A stretch of DNA of 64,000 bases from Octopus vulgaris (GCA_951406725.2 OX597815.1:132060001-132124000); one strand, 5' to 3'; shown: positions 39,635-54,298, counted from the first letter of the stretch. Translations and numbers: made by a program. The notes: generated by a model not told the origin, from the sequence alone.

Positions 39635-40133
39635 CATACATACAATAGAGACACACGCACATATTTTCGTACATATGATGGCTGCAACTCGACTTTGAGC
39701 AATGCCATCACTTCATTGTTCTCTCAAAGCAGTACGGATATGATTCTGTTGTGCTGGACATGGAAACTTTTGCACAGATATGACTTTGATGGATGTCTCT
39801 TGCTGCTGGCGTTCAGAAAGATTATCGCCTACGCTGGCACATGCATTCATTTTATCAAATAAATTTTCATTGAGTGTACTACTTTAGTAGGCAACACAAA
39901 CTAGAGATGTAAAATTCAATCGATGCATGTACCTGAAGCTCTAAAAATGAGGAAAAGCATTGCACTTTAAAAACATGCATTTCGCCAAAAGTAACTAGTT
40001 ACATCAGTGAATGCAAAAGAATTCTCTCGTGTTACACGAGATTTAGACCTCCGGTATCGAGATACTAAGCAAAATCTAGTGGCATCCCAAATGTTGGACG
40101 GCGGTTGACTAGTATGAAGTTCATCCGCCGTTT

Positions 40134-40323
40134 GACAGTGTGTAATGCTTATCCTGAAGGATGACCAACGCAAACAGTCGACGCAAAAATACATGCATAT
40201 AAAAGCTTTACATTTAAATATATACATGCATGTATATATTTAAATGTAAAGCTTTTATATGCATGTATTTTTGCGTCGACTGTTTGCGTTGGTCATCCTT
40301 CAGGATAAGCATTACACACTGTC
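40134..40323. repeat. 190-bp perfect spacerless palindrome
   Basis: Centre at 40228/40229 (CATG|CATG); 95-bp arms running GACAGTGTGTAATGC...GCATTACACACTGTC. Confidence 0.95.
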
Positions 40324-41254
40324 TGGACATGTATGTATGTATGTATGTATGTATGTATGTATGTATGTATATATGTATGTATATATATATATATACGTGC
40401 ATGCATACATGCGCATATGCATGCATACGTACATGCCTACTACATACACATACATACATACACATATACACATATAGATGCATGGATACACATGCTCGTA
40501 GACTCGTCCAGCCATTGAAAAAATTTGATTTTCAACCGACTACATGCGGACAGATCTCCTTCAGCCCTGCCCCAAATCCGGTTTGGTGCCCTTACTCTAG
40601 ATGGTGTCCAACATATCCGTGTATGCAGCTGCAGTACCGATATTTTAATGGCTTTTATATATACATTGACATACAAGAACACTTATACGCACATATCCTC
40701 CACAGATATATTCCTCGTGTGCACACATACATACATTCATGCACACTCATAGACATGCACACATACACTCATACGCCTACGCACACACATTCCTATCTGT
40801 TCCATTTATAGAAAGTGAGATTAACTATGTACTAATAATAAATCAATTGAGTTATTACTAATATGATTTAGATGTCTATCAGACAAATGTGATTATGATA
40901 TTATCTTTGTATCAATCTCACATATATGATGAATAGTCGTTATAATTTATTAATTTATCGCCCCAATAGCATATGCTGCTTTATAAATTTACAACGCCAG
41001 ACATATAAATGATTTAGTAATTTATGTCTTAGCACACAAGCCTCATGTCGGGAAGAAAAATGATTGAAGAGATTTCTACTAACGTTAACTTTTGCCAGCG
41101 TTATTGTTATCTCTTAGCCCAGGGTTCAACTTGATCTCTCTGATCCGTGGTCAAAGACAACCCCACACATTTTCAAACCCTCTTTTCTTTCAGTGTCCAA
41201 TGTACTATTTCTAGCAAGCGGGGAGGACGTTCTATCAGAATAAGTAATAATAAT

Positions 41255-41465
41255 TTCTACTATAGGCACACGGCCTGGATTTTGTGGGGAGGTGGAGAGT
41301 CGATCACATCGGCCCAAGTACTTAACTGGTACTTAATTTATCGACCTCGAATGGATGAAAGGCAAAGCTGACCTCGGCGGAATTTGAACTCAGAATGTAG
41401 CGACTGGCGAAATGTGGCTAGGCATTTCACTCGGCGTGCTAACGATTCTGCCAACTCGGCGCCTT
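41255..41465 (-). mobile_element. SINE family B
   Basis: GGATGAAAGGCAAAGCTGACCTCGGCGGAATTTGAACTCAGAA..GCTAACGATTCTGCC. Confidence 0.85.
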
Positions 41466-41949
41466 ATTAGAATAAGTAATAATACGTTATTTACTGTTAA
41501 TGCAAGGCCCATAAGATCTGACGAAACATTATCTTCCCCAACATTGTTGTAAACGAATATATCAAGCTGTGTAATAGATCTGTATATTAGTTTGTGGCTA
41601 TGACGAATCTTGTTGTATTCTATTTCAGTTCATCGATGCTTTGGATATTATTATCATTTCCTCGGCAAAGTACCAGAAACGCTAGAATGTCGGAAAATAT
41701 GCTTTAAAATATTTGCCCAGCTTTTTCGCGTTCTGGGTTGAAATTCTCTCGGGTTCAACATAGTCATTCATTTTTTAATGTCGATAAAAGACAATAACAG
41801 TCTAATACTGAGATCTATATTACCAATTCCTCTCACTTACCTTGAAATCGCTGGCCTTGTGTTTAAATCAAACAAGAAACCATTATTATTTTCTCTCTAA
41901 CGCAATACAGGCTTGCAGTTTAAGTGGCTTTCATGAGATTAATGAGTAA

Positions 41950-44900
41950 ATATCAATCTTCATCACATATCTTTTACATATATAACCTTTTTTGAGCTGC
42001 CAATAAGCAAAACCTTCTAAAATACCGCTGCACTTACTGAGCGCAATGTTATCGCTGATTTGTGGGTAAATGGTTACCAGTTGTCCTCACACACTGGACA
42101 GATTTGAATATCAGCCAACTCACTCATCAATATGGACGTACGGCAATCCATTGTAAAATTAGAGTGAATAGACGTCTCATTGCCTGGTGGCCATGCCGAA
42201 AGATAAATTATGTAGTGGATCCGGTTGAAAGACTTGAAGAGAGTTCATACCCTTTATCAACTTCTTTAAGTTGCTTCTTAGGAATATACAGCTCATTAGT
42301 TTTAGTGTATGGCGAATGACTTCTTAGACGTTTGTTAAGATTCAGGAATGTAATCCATACAAAGGATGTAAAAGTCTCCAAAATTTAATTTAGTAGTTTC
42401 AGCTATCGTGCAGGCTCACCTATGTTTGCTCGCATGTGCGCATGTGGGCTTGTGGAAATCGCATCTGATCATTCAAACAGCATTTATATTTTGCTAGGTC
42501 ATTGGATAGGAATAACACGAAGGGTCCGCAGTTTTTGATTCTTAGGTACTCACCTCAGCTTATATAAGAAAGGTAGACTGGACCCCCAATTAATAGAAGA
42601 TTGCTGTTGAATTCCGCTTTGGGAAAAGCTTAGACTGAGTTAAGGACTTGGTTAGATAGTTGTTGAACGCGTAATTATAAAACCATTAGTTGCATTTTCG
42701 AATCAATGCCAATAGCATCCGAATTTAGGCATCCTTTCTTATGCCAAAAACAGAATCTTTTCTACTCTAGGCACAAGGGGGCCAGTCAATTTGATCGACC
42801 CAGTATGCAACTGGTGCCTAACTTATCAACCCCGAAAGAATAAAAGGCAAAGTCGACCTCAGCGGAATTTGAACTCAGAAAATAAAGACAGACGAAATAT
42901 CGCTAAGCATTTCGACTGGCGTGCTAACGCTTCCGCCAGCTTGCAGCCTTTATGTCCAAATTGAATAAAAGTAGTTCAATTATCCCTATTGACAGACGCA
43001 CAACTTATCAACAAGTCAATGATCCAGCAAAACTAATAGACCCAATGGCTGAGGCGTTTGACTGGATCTTTTCAGCAACACTTTGAACTCTCTTTGTTGT
43101 TGGTGAACTTTAAATGATTACCTCGAGGGATTATTTTGACTCCCATGAGGAGGTGGTGAAGGTTGGAGAAATACGATGATACTGGGTAATATACTCGTGC
43201 TGGTGTATTGCTGTACTAGCAGAAAATCGCTAAGTTTGAATCGTCTGCTTTATTTTATTGCTCCATAGAATTTTGTTAGACATCTATCGCAACTGACTAA
43301 AGAAAACACTTGATATTTATGATGTTGCTGATGAGTGAGGTCTTCGCTAATATAAAGATGGCGTTGTTGCGTTTCTGGTCAATTTAAAAAAGTTTAAAGC
43401 TTTCTACAGACTAGTCCATCATAACATTTGGCTCTCTTAAGAATAACCAGTTTAGATCTCGCTTATAGAAGATAATCCAATTCCCAGATATATAGTCATC
43501 TTATCATTGAGTGGTCTACCGAAAGAGATTCGCTACTGGAACAGAATTCACCTCCGAATTACATGCTTGCTCCCTGAAGTGTGCTTTTTATTGTAGATTC
43601 TTTACACCTTAGTTTTCGAGTAACCATTGGGATAGTTTGTTGTGCTGGGGGAAATTCCAGTTGAAATAGGTCATAAACACACCTTATTCACGTAAGAAGA
43701 TCGTACGAGAATCACGTTTCCTTTGTCTGGTGACTATGAGTGAGTGTGTGAGGAATGAGGGCAATGATTTCCTTCAGTTCTTCACAGCTTTTTCAAAAGC
43801 TCATTAAAGAGCGTAACCATAGTTATGAGGTAGTGTTACTACATCCCAACATCATGAAATATATTTTCTAGTAGGTATGTGAGAGCATTCATCAAGATTT
43901 GTGCAGATACTACGCCCCGGTTTAAATTTTTGGGGAACAATTTTGTATTTTGTGTACAAAGCTGTTCAGTATTTCTCCAGAGACCTCATGTTCGGAGGGG
44001 AAGTGGCTGCTCCACCAATTCAGACATCCTATTTTTTTCATTTTGAGCTTACATACTTTAACCAAGCCGACATTCGTCGTAAAAATCCTCACCAGTTTCA
44101 TAAATATTTACGCAATGTCACCTCTCAATTCCTCTTTGGGAACAAATAAAAACAGCTATTATTTCTGTCTTAAATTCAATTACTAAAACGCCGATACGTG
44201 TGAAGTAGGTAGCACACAAGACTAAATGTCTTTCTCGATAAGGTCAAATTTAATCATTCTGAAATCCCTAAAGCATAATAACTGAGGTTGAATAAGCCAA
44301 GTGTATAACATCTTAAATCTATCTTATAGTGTGTTTATTTTGGCTTAATATCAATGTTGCGTTTTCGATAATTGGTAGATTGGTGCAAGGGAAAGGGAAA
44401 TTATATATAGTAATGCATATTAGAAGAGAAATTATTTGCTGCAATGTAATTAGGAGACTCAATGATTCATAAGTGAAATATTAACTTAGAACTTCGATGT
44501 AACATCATGATTATTTTAGCTGATGAGAAATTATTTGAGAAACTGTCATGCTTGTGTGGAGGGGATACGAATGATGTTCTATCATAGGTTTTGCATTTTG
44601 ATGTCTCTCATTTTTTCTCTAACACAATGATGTTGGTGACCTTTCATGATAGCGTTGTCATATCTCCGGTGAGTTTGGAAGCGCCATATTTGATCAATTT
44701 AACTCAGATTTTCTGGGATTGATAAAAGCTTTTGTAACTTCGGTTGCTATTAGCAACATTGTCAAAGTTTTGTGGGTTAATCTGTTCTAACTCGCCGATG
44801 GTTTCAGTGTCTCGGAAATAATATAAACATTTTCTTCTCTATCTCAGACCGATGTTTTCTATCTTGGACGGAAGCCATTGCATTTGTCCTCAGAGCATAA

Positions 44901-46400
44901 ACTATTTCAACAGATACATAGAAACCACTGTGGTGATGTTTGTCAACAAACATTTACAAGGAATCGGGCTTGGCTTTACGCCAAGTTTTCTTTTCCTCTT
45001 TATTGACTGAGAGAAAACTTAACTAATTTGTATTTTGAATTTCCATTCTGGGTCACTGAGTCTTAGGGAGTGTTTTTGTCTCTTTTACAGATTCAGGTAT
45101 GAAGAGCAGCATTGTTTTCTTCCATGAAGTTCTAAACCTCTCCCTCATTCTCATTGAATCAACCTTGACGTGTTCTTGATTTTTATGGAGAATATTTCAG
45201 CGTTTGAGATGATGTGTAACTCTATGAATGTTACTAGTAGCCAGAATGTGTTAAAATAATTGTAACGTACCTCATGTAAACCGCAAGGCAACTTATACGT
45301 GTTGATGTAGCCATTGCATGAATAACTGCCTTCGTGTCAAAAGTTTTCTCCTACGGCGCCATCATTTGCCAATTTCTATCAGAAATAAGTATTATTTCTA
45401 TCAGAGAGCTGTATCATCTTGTCGTGAATTAGATAATCAGGGCAATATTCAAGGGGCATCATTGCATAAGTCAATGTAATAGTTCATGATTTATTGAAAG
45501 CTGATCGTGAAGAATATATGATGTCAACTTTTAGACTGTGAGAGTTGATAAGGGACCCTAACCTAGAATCTCTGTTGTATAAAGAAACTATATGAGACAG
45601 CGCGATGATGCACCACGCGTAATATCAACAGCAAAAGCAGACCATTATCATTTTATTTTCTCAAAATGTTCCCATGACTAGCCTTTTATCACGTGCGTGG
45701 ATCCGAGCTATTTCTTGCACTTATATTATCGATTGTCATGAATACTGCATTCAGTACTGCATCAACATACATCAAGCAAGATGGAACTTGAACAGCGTAC
45801 GGCATAGTTATCATTACGGCTGCCATACGAATCGGTATGCTTCATACAATAGCATTAGGTATGGCTTTTGCTATTATTTAAGACGTCTGTCGTTGTGCAG
45901 TCGGAGAGGTTATAACAAATATCTTGTTTACAATGTGTTTTTAATCCAGCTAGTTTAACAGAAACGTTGATAGCCATTTCATTGTAGGAAGCTATTGATA
46001 GCCATTCCATTCAAACGGAAGCTATATCAACCGCCGTTCTCATAAACGCTACCCCTCCCTGGTCGATGAATTTCTTCAAGCTCGGTGAAGCGTTCTGCTG
46101 TTGACTTGAAAGCATTACCGTCTTATACTTAGGTTAGTTCCTCAATTTCCACTGCAGCAACGTTCAGTTGTATTTGTATAAATTCGAGAGTCTGTTTTTC
46201 AGTGTTTCGGCTGTTTGATGGCGCACGTCGTGGTGTTGCCGTGTGAGAGAATTACATCTATAGGTTTCGGACGGCGCAAACAAAACGATTAGACGCATTT
46301 TCTTCCTGCTGCGATTCCAAGTGATGTAACGGTCAAACATAACTACCTCTTTTGTATATGAACACGAACGCACAGAAACTGCTTTTATCTCTCTCAATAC
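41950..46400 (-). mobile_element. Highly decayed Ty3/Gypsy LTR retrotransposon internal region
   Basis: Faint minus-strand motifs occur in gag-pol order: CPDYLIHDKMI (~45430), zinc-knuckle-like HGRKQC..CKR.KH (~45090), NAKP (~44595), RT/RNase H linker AFEK..LKEII..PDKE (~43760), integrase-like LH..MGVK (~43150) and FAG (~43030). LTRs were not identified. Confidence 0.5.
42760..42950 (-). mobile_element. SINE family B nested in the Gypsy relic
   Basis: AAAGGCAAAGTCGACCTCAGCGGAATTTGAACTCAGAA..CGCTAAGCATTTCG..GTGCTAACG. Confidence 0.85.
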
Positions 46401-46564
46401 AAATAATGTAATTTGCATTCAATGTAAAAATTAAAACCAGTTACGGCCGTATTTGCAAATTCTTATCGTCTTTCTATTCTTGTATTTGGAGAATGCCTGC
46501 CTTCTACGTTTCAGCTTTCTTTGTTCGAAGCAAAAGTTTCTATAGGCTGACACGTACATACATA

Positions 46565-47400
46565 CGAGTGGGTACCCAAATGAACCGAAATTTTGCAATA
46601 TTATTTTATTCACTAAGTTTTACATGTTTACACTTTTATCGCCATCAAAGTATTCTCTATTTGAAGCAAAGCATCGGTCTAGAAGCATTTTCTACTATCT
46701 GAAGCAGTGCTGCAACTCTTGCGAACTGATGTATTTCACATCCTCCATCGTTCTTTTCTTCACCTATTCCACATCTGAAAATTCCGTAGCACCAACTTTC
46801 ATCATCAGTGATGACCTTTGAAAAAAAGGCCCGGATCAACTTCCAATTGTTCTTTCAGTTCACGACACGTATTCAGTCGCGACTGTTTGTGATTCGTTGG
46901 CCGGAGCTTCAGAACACAACAATCATATCAACAAGTTCGTCAAATATTCGGTAATGGTCCTCCCAGATCAGTTCATGAATTTTCACGTTTTCATTCTCTC
47001 GGGAGGTCGACAGTCATCTTCGACAAGGTTAGTCCTCGAGTGACAAGTGACCATTTCTAAAGTGAAGAAACCACTCATATACTTGTGTTTTGCTCATCAT
47101 AGCGTCCTTGTAATCTGTTTGAAGCATGACAATTGTTTCGGCTGTCAGTTTCCGCAGCAGAAAACAGAATTTCCCAGAAATATGCTGTTCCTTCGTTTCA
47201 GACATCGCAAAATTTTACGAACAGGGGAGAAACACTGCAAAGCAAAGATGCACGTCGTGGCAGTAGGACTTCCCTCGACAACACTGGTCAGCAGATTGAC
47301 GCCTGAGGGTCGCATCAAGTGGCTTCTATCGGCGGAAGCCTGAACTACAACGGGTTTGTCCTAAAGAGAACGCTTCCGGTTACCTTTGGGTACCCCCTAG
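46565..47400 (-). mobile_element. Internally deleted Tc1/mariner transposon with TIRs and TA TSD
   Basis: TA|CGAGTGGGTACCCAAATGAACCG at the left end matches CCGGTTACCTTTGGGTACCCCCTAG|TA at the right end. The minus strand encodes FFSKVITDDESWCYG (first catalytic Asp motif). Confidence 0.85.
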
Positions 47401-47564
47401 TATACACACATATATGTATATATATATATATATATGTGTGTGTATGTGTATCTATATATATATATATATATGCATACACACACACAAAGATATATATGTA
47501 TACATATATATGCGTTTGTGTGTATGTGTGTGGGGGTGCGTGTAATTATGTTTGTATGTATGTA

Positions 47565-49222
47565 CATACGTGGGATTTCGCTTTTGTCTGTGATTGGAAA
47601 GATACTTGCCCGCATTCTGTTAGAACGTTTAAATACCTTCATATTTCCAAATATGGTGTCTGAGTCTCAGGGGCACAGCGGATCTTATATTTACAATCAG
47701 ACAATTGCAAGAAACGTGCATTGAACAGAATCTTGCCCTTAACCGTTATTTGTTGATTTCAGCGAAGCATTCGATACTATTAATCGAAATTCTCTGTGGC
47801 TAATTGTAACGAAAGTAGGTTGCCCAGATAAAAATGTAAACATGATCAGGGCTTTGCATCAAGATATGAAAGCTAGAGTTAGATTTGTCGAGAAAAATGC
47901 AGTAAAACAGGGACACCTTGATGAACCTACCCTCTTTGCAACATATTTTACTGTTGTGTGGTCACACGCTTTTCAAATCTCAGAGGAGGGAATTTACATA
48001 AAATATCGAACAATAGGGAATGTTTTTAATCTGACCAGACTGAAATTCAAAACGATGGTTTTTACTTCGCTCATTAAGGAACTCTTATACGCTGACGTTG
48101 CGATCTAGTCAATCATTCTGAAACGGATCCTCAGTCTTTTGTATCTGCATGTGACTCGGCTTATGAGAAGTTTTCCTTGATCATCAACTTGAATAAAACA
48201 TTTATAATGTATCAACTTCCATGTGGTGCTGTTTGCAACCCCCTAAAGTTTTTGTTAAGAGTAAGTTACTTGAGGTTGCTAATTCTTTCATATACCTTGG
48301 AAGCTCTTTACAAAATGATGGAAAGTTGGACACAGAAATATATCTGCCAATTCAAAGGGCATCACAAACATTTGATGGTTTCGAGTCACGCGTTTGGCGC
48401 CAACGAAATATAAATAACAATACAAAATTGGCTCTTTAAAAATAATTTGTCTTACCATCCCTGTTGTATTCTTTTGAATTATGGACATGTTATGGAGGAC
48501 ATTCCATAACAAGCTAAAAATGCTTCCAACATTAAATGGAATTCTTTTATTCCTAATACAGCTGCCCTTGCATCACCTCAATTAAAGCAATTACTTTGAA
48601 AAACCAAATGAGATGGTGTGGCGATATTGTTCGAACGGCGGATGAATGCACACCCAAACAAATGTTTTATGGTGAGCTTGCAGAGGGGAAACGCTTTCGG
48701 TGAATACCTAATAAATGGTTTAAAGACGGCATAAGGACAACCATGAAGTCACTTGGAATGGATCCAGAAAACATAGTAACCCTTGCTTCGTATCGAGCTG
48801 GATGGCGAACAAAAGTGTGGAATATAGTAAGAGCGTTTGAAGAGGCAAGGATAAAGCATGCAAGATTCAAGAGAGAGTTTGTGACATACCATGCTTTTCT
48901 TTCGCTGAGCTCAAATCTCGTTTGTGAACCCATGGAAAACGAACCTCCACCAACTATTCTGCCTCTATGTCTGTGCACATTTTTCAATGCAATGTATGCC
49001 AGAAGTTTTGCAAATCTAACGGAGACTTCAAAAGACATTTTAAGAGCCACACAGATCAGAATTTAACTGCAGTCCTTGGTGGCGCAAATCGCATATGCAT
49101 TCTATGTGGGTGGCTTTTCAAAACATTGCTGGGTCTTAAAAACCAAATCAAATGCCATGATAGTTCTGAGGTGTACGTACAGGAGGTAGTCAAACTCTGC
49201 ATAAGGATTAGACACCTACCAT
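47565..49222 (+). mobile_element. 5'-truncated RTE-clade (BovB-like) LINE, decayed, with C-terminal C2H2 fingers
   Basis: RGISLLSVIGKILARILLERL, DFSEAFDTINR, IRALHQDMKARV..VKQG..PTLF..ELLYAD, FIYLGS, FYGELAEG and CNVCQKFCKSNGDFKRHFKSH. Confidence 0.9.
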
Positions 49223-49247
49223 GTACATACGTATATGTTCATATACA

Positions 49248-49296
<49 letters not shown>

Positions 49297-49674
49297 AGAC
49301 ACACCGTAGATGCATATTTCGTAAAAATTCTAAAATTTTCTCTTTGTCATTTGTTTTGTTTCGGACTTTGAGGTTTAAGAATTCAATTTGTCTCTACTCC
49401 TATGGGATAGTTTCAAATCAATGGAAAACATCTAGTGTAAATGAGTTTGTTTACTTTTATTAACGTCAGCCATAGTTCAAAGATACGAATCTCGTATGCC
49501 CAGCAGTCAAATGTTAGAAACGAAATTTCCTTTAAATTGGTTTTGGTGGAAGGAAACGGGTCGTGATGAAATTATACATAGCACAACAATTAATATATTT
49601 TTGTTAGCGTTGTTAATATAAAGTTCTGATTTCACATCGAAGCCTCGATAAGTACAGCAATTAACACTGAGTTC

Positions 49675-50350
49675 AAATTCTGGCACGAGGCCCGCAATTT
49701 CGGCGGCGAGGCTAAGTCGGACTAATTGACTCCAGTACTCAATTTGTACTTATTTAATTAATCCTGAAAGGACGAAAGTTAAAATCTACCCAGGCGGCAT
49801 TTGAACTCGGAACGTAAAGACGGACGAAACTCCGCATGTCATTTTATCCGGTGCGATAATAATACTCCTTTCTATTATAGGCACAATGCCTGAAATTTGA
49901 GGAAGGGGGATGGTCGTTTACATCGACCTCAGTACTCAACTGGTTCTTAATTCACCGACCCCCAAAAGGATGAACGGTAAAGTTGATCTCGGGGTGCGGT
50001 AATAATACTGCCAGCTCGCCACCTTTACAACACATAACATGCATAATAGAAACAAAAGGCAGCGAAGTGGTAGAATCGCTAGCATTCCGGACAAAATTAC
50101 TTGGCGGTATTTTGTCTGTTCTTACGTCCTGAGTTAAAATTCCGCCGACATCGACTTTACCTTTCTTTTCGTCATCAATAAAATAAGTACCAGTTGAGCA
50201 ATGTGCGTCGATGTAATCGACTCACCCTCCACCAGAATTTAGTGTCCCTGTGCTACAATTTGAAACGAATATTCTAAATAGAATATGAGGCGGCGAGCTA
50301 GCAGAATCGTTAGCACGAAATTTCTGACCTTTTGCTAAAATTTGAAACCA
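49675..50350. mobile_element. Cluster of SINE family B pieces (49675-50030 minus; 50057-50350 plus)
   Basis: Repeated TTGAACTC.GAACGTAAAGACGGACG / GAGTTAAAATTCCGCCGA modules and GGCGGCGAGCTAGCAGAATCGTTAGCAC heads. Confidence 0.75.
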
Positions 50351-53300
50351 ATATTCTTTATAAAGCATTTTTTTTACCTTCTTTGCCTTCTTTTGTCATT
50401 AACTGCTGTATTTGAGAACGAATTCTCTTTTATATATGATATCCGAACAGATTTATGAATAAATACGGTGACACGTAAATAATAAAGATACGATCTCAGA
50501 ATTATCATACATCGAAGAAGAACACGTTTTCTTATAGCATATAAACAGAATAAAGCATACACCAGCACGTGCGCATATATACAAATACTTTCACATACAT
50601 ACCTACCCACACACGCATGGAGATAGATGTGTTTCAGATCATAAAAAGGTAACAAACTCCTCAGCTACGAACAGCAACTAATAATTTGTGTGTATATATG
50701 TGCATGTATAGAGTAACATTCGCAGAAATGTACCTACGTATTGTTATATAGGCACACACGAAATCGGTATTATACACGTCCTCACGTGCTGGCAAACTTG
50801 TTGATGAAGACGAACCCCTGCACATTAACTTAAAGTGATGAGGAACTGTGTTGACGGACTCTAATCCTGAACATTAATTAGAAAGTCCTCGCCATATATC
50901 ACAACATTGTCCGTGCAAGATAAGCTGATGTGACACAGCTTTTAATCACATTAACACTTCATCCGATGAAGACAAGTACATCAGTCGAACTAATTTAGAT
51001 TAATTGTTAATTGCTAGACAATAGTAGTAATAGATATGAGGGTTATTGGTGATTGTTGTGTTTAGAAAGCGAAGAAGAATAACAGGCGATCTGATACAGT
51101 AATTAGTGTGAAACGAAATGAAACACTGGAGAGATTAAACAGTAATACATTTGGAGAAAATTACAGCCACTCTAATGAGATGCAAGCTATTTGAATGAGG
51201 TATTGTTTTTTCGACTAGTAAGAGTATCATTTCCGCAAATGTATGTTAACGCATTTGCACTACAGCAAACCATTATTCTATACCATAAATTGCCAATTCA
51301 TTTGGCAACACTGAGAATTTCCCTTTTTGTTTTTTATTCATGTTTCTCTCTTTACCTCTCTACTTTAGGTAAGAAGATACAAAATTAAATCATTTCAGAA
51401 GCAAAGCCAATACTTTCTTCTGTTTGCTACTGCAATTTCTGAGCGATATTAAACCAAAATTAGCTTGGAGCCATTGTTATATATTGTTAATGTAGATTCG
51501 TGGACGCTTAGAGCCAATGAATATATAAGAATATAGGAATGTTATGGAGAACTATAGATGTTAATTTATAATGCCCGCTGCTATATTTATATTGACTATG
51601 TTTAAGAAAATGACACAGAATGAAAATAGAAAATAATATGTTTCATACTGTATGAAACATATTATTTTCTATGGTTTGTGTTTAATTTATACTTAGCTTC
51701 ATATATTCATTATAATTTCCTTCTCGGGGAATATGAATATCATGCGATCTCCACTGTTTTCTCAAATATTTTCAGTAGAAATATTTTTAAAATATGAGAT
51801 AACTTTACCCTTATGCTTTAATCTTGCTGTGAAGCGAGAATTGCCTTGCATTTAGATATGTTGTGTGCATTTCGTTAACGTCATCAGGATTAAAGAATTT
51901 TCTTCAGAGCTTTCACCATTTAACGAAATACTGAGCAATGCATTCACATTTGCAATATTATGATACGGTATAACAAAAAGAGGTGGAATTTATGATTATA
52001 ACGAGGAAGATTGTATATTATTTAAAGTAGAGATAATCTCTTTTTGTTCAAGTAACGAGTAAATCATTTTAAATTAGATATATCAAACACTTTAGGAAAA
52101 TTTTATAGTTTTCAAACGTATGTTGCCTTCTAAAATACATTGGAGCGAAAATGTTGCGTCTTGGTATCATATCTTCTGCATTATTGACTCTTCGATATTC
52201 TTTAAATATTTCCCGGAGTTACAGAAACCACAGAAAGCGAATGAATATACAATCTCGTTGAATTTAAATTCATCATGAAGTTTTGAATGTAATAAAAGAC
52301 GAACCAGTAGTCACTTAATCACGACTTTAATTCTTCCTCCCCTCAGTGCAGCTAAAAACTCCTTCACATTTATACAAGTGAATTGTAAACCATACAAATT
52401 CTTTTTTAAAAAAGCAAAACAATCAATGTAACCTTAACACAGTCTACAATAATTTCTATCAAATCCTGTAATAGAACTGTAAAAGATCGTGACGTTGATA
52501 AATGATAAACGTGGTGTATATAAAAGTCGAAGGAGAGAAGAGAGGAAAACTTTGTTGATATATATCTGAGTCTATAGAACAACTTAGTAAAATATAAGAA
52601 ATGAAATCTTATTTAGAAGTCTTCGTGACATTGTTTTTATTTTAGTTCACATATATTCAAAATGTGAAAGTGCCATTAACCCTCGTCAAGTTTTCAGTTA
52701 TTGCCATTTTTACATATTCTCATATCAGCTGACTCATTTTGTTCTTTTCGAATAACCTAAACTGTTTAATCTGGGATCAGGTTGCAACAGACGAGCTGAT
52801 ACGTTTCGATAATATTTAAAGCATTAAAGAAATGTCGACAGTGCCTTCTCCTGTCTTTGTCATCGTCACTGAAATACTAGTGGACAATTATTTTTCGTAA
52901 TCTTATTACTTTTTATTACTGTTAAAAATATCTTTATTATCGTTTCCGTGTAACTACGGAAACTCTAATGGGAAAATATCTATTGCTCCGAAGTACGATC
53001 GACATATACATTGCTCTTGTTCCGCACAGGATATGCCTGCGCCTGTTTCAAGATAATTATATGAACTCCGACATCCAGTTGATTGTCATATACAGTAGGG
53101 TACGTACGTCAGTACATACATTTTCTTAACAACCTCCCGTCTCGTTCTTTTCATTCTGTCTGTAAATATGAGAGGGATTTAAGGTCGCTTTTTTGCGCTT
53201 GTGACCTGAGTATTATTAAACATGTAACTGCGGGGATTTTATGAGCGAAACTTAGTGGCGGTATCAAACTGTACTTCGTGAAATTCTTTTATTTTGAATA

Positions 53301-54298
53301 CTTTCATTTCATTGGATTATTGGCGTTTACCTGAAGACTGCGGACAACATTGTGATAAATGAAATGTTTTATGTTTTTTGGTAAAATGCTGTGACATATG
53401 TCGAAAGATTTGTCGCATGGATAGAACAGTGTTAGCTCCTGGTGAATCTGCTTAATATATAATACATAATCTAGAGTTAATTATTCGTTTTGCTTAGACA
53501 AGTTACATAAGAAAGCGTCTAGTGTATCTGTACGACGTTATCCGGTTATACTACATACTCTAGCCATGCAGTGTATGCTGTAGCAGTATCGTAGGTATTT
53601 TAATTATGTTTAGGTCCGCAGTGTGTATGTGTTCAAGCGAAGTTTGTGTTGTTGTTTGAGTGTATGAAGGTCACGTCGCTATTAGCCAGATATCATGTGA
53701 AGAGAAGTAAAATGTCTGCTGTGATCTGTACGGGAAATTAAAGTTTCTAGTTGTATTGTAACAGTACTGTAAATCGGCTTTGCAACGTCATACAGTTTGT
53801 CATTGAGCTTTTTTGCTGTTTATAATGAAATTTTAGCTTACGATTGGCTCCATTCACCATGAATAGCAAGTAATGAAGTTAGCTTTGTTGACGTCAATGG
53901 TTATTAAAATGATGTAAACTGTTATGCGTTCTACATAAATTTTTCCTTCTATGTTGTTGTGTTGAAGACATCTTGTGTTCTTATTTTCTGAAGTGCTTTA
54001 CTATTCCATTCAGTTTACGTCGAATAAACATCTCTGCTGAGTTTACAGGTTTTCTTTCAGTTTTTTTTTATTTAATTTGCTAGTTTGTTTTTCATTTGAT
54101 CTGCTATTTACATTGTTGTTAGTAGATAAGGTTTTCTCATATGCACTTTGTAGTTCTTGGTTTTGATATTGGACGCTTACATGTTAAAAATTTTTCTCAT
54201 GCCTTAAATGCACCCAAAAGTATTTTACGGGAGCCCGTCAATACACACACACAAACACATACACACACATACGCACTCACATACATACATATACACGC

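Noticed and set aside
46290-46440. Gypsy PBS and 5' LTR (minus strand TGGAATCGCAGCAGG)
   Set aside because: No matching second LTR was found near 41.9 kb, so the evidence is too weak to call.
50958-51000. HHR-like ATC-CGATGA-A-GAC..GTC-GAAC
   Set aside because: Both core segments are defective and the stems are only 3 bp, which is compatible with chance.
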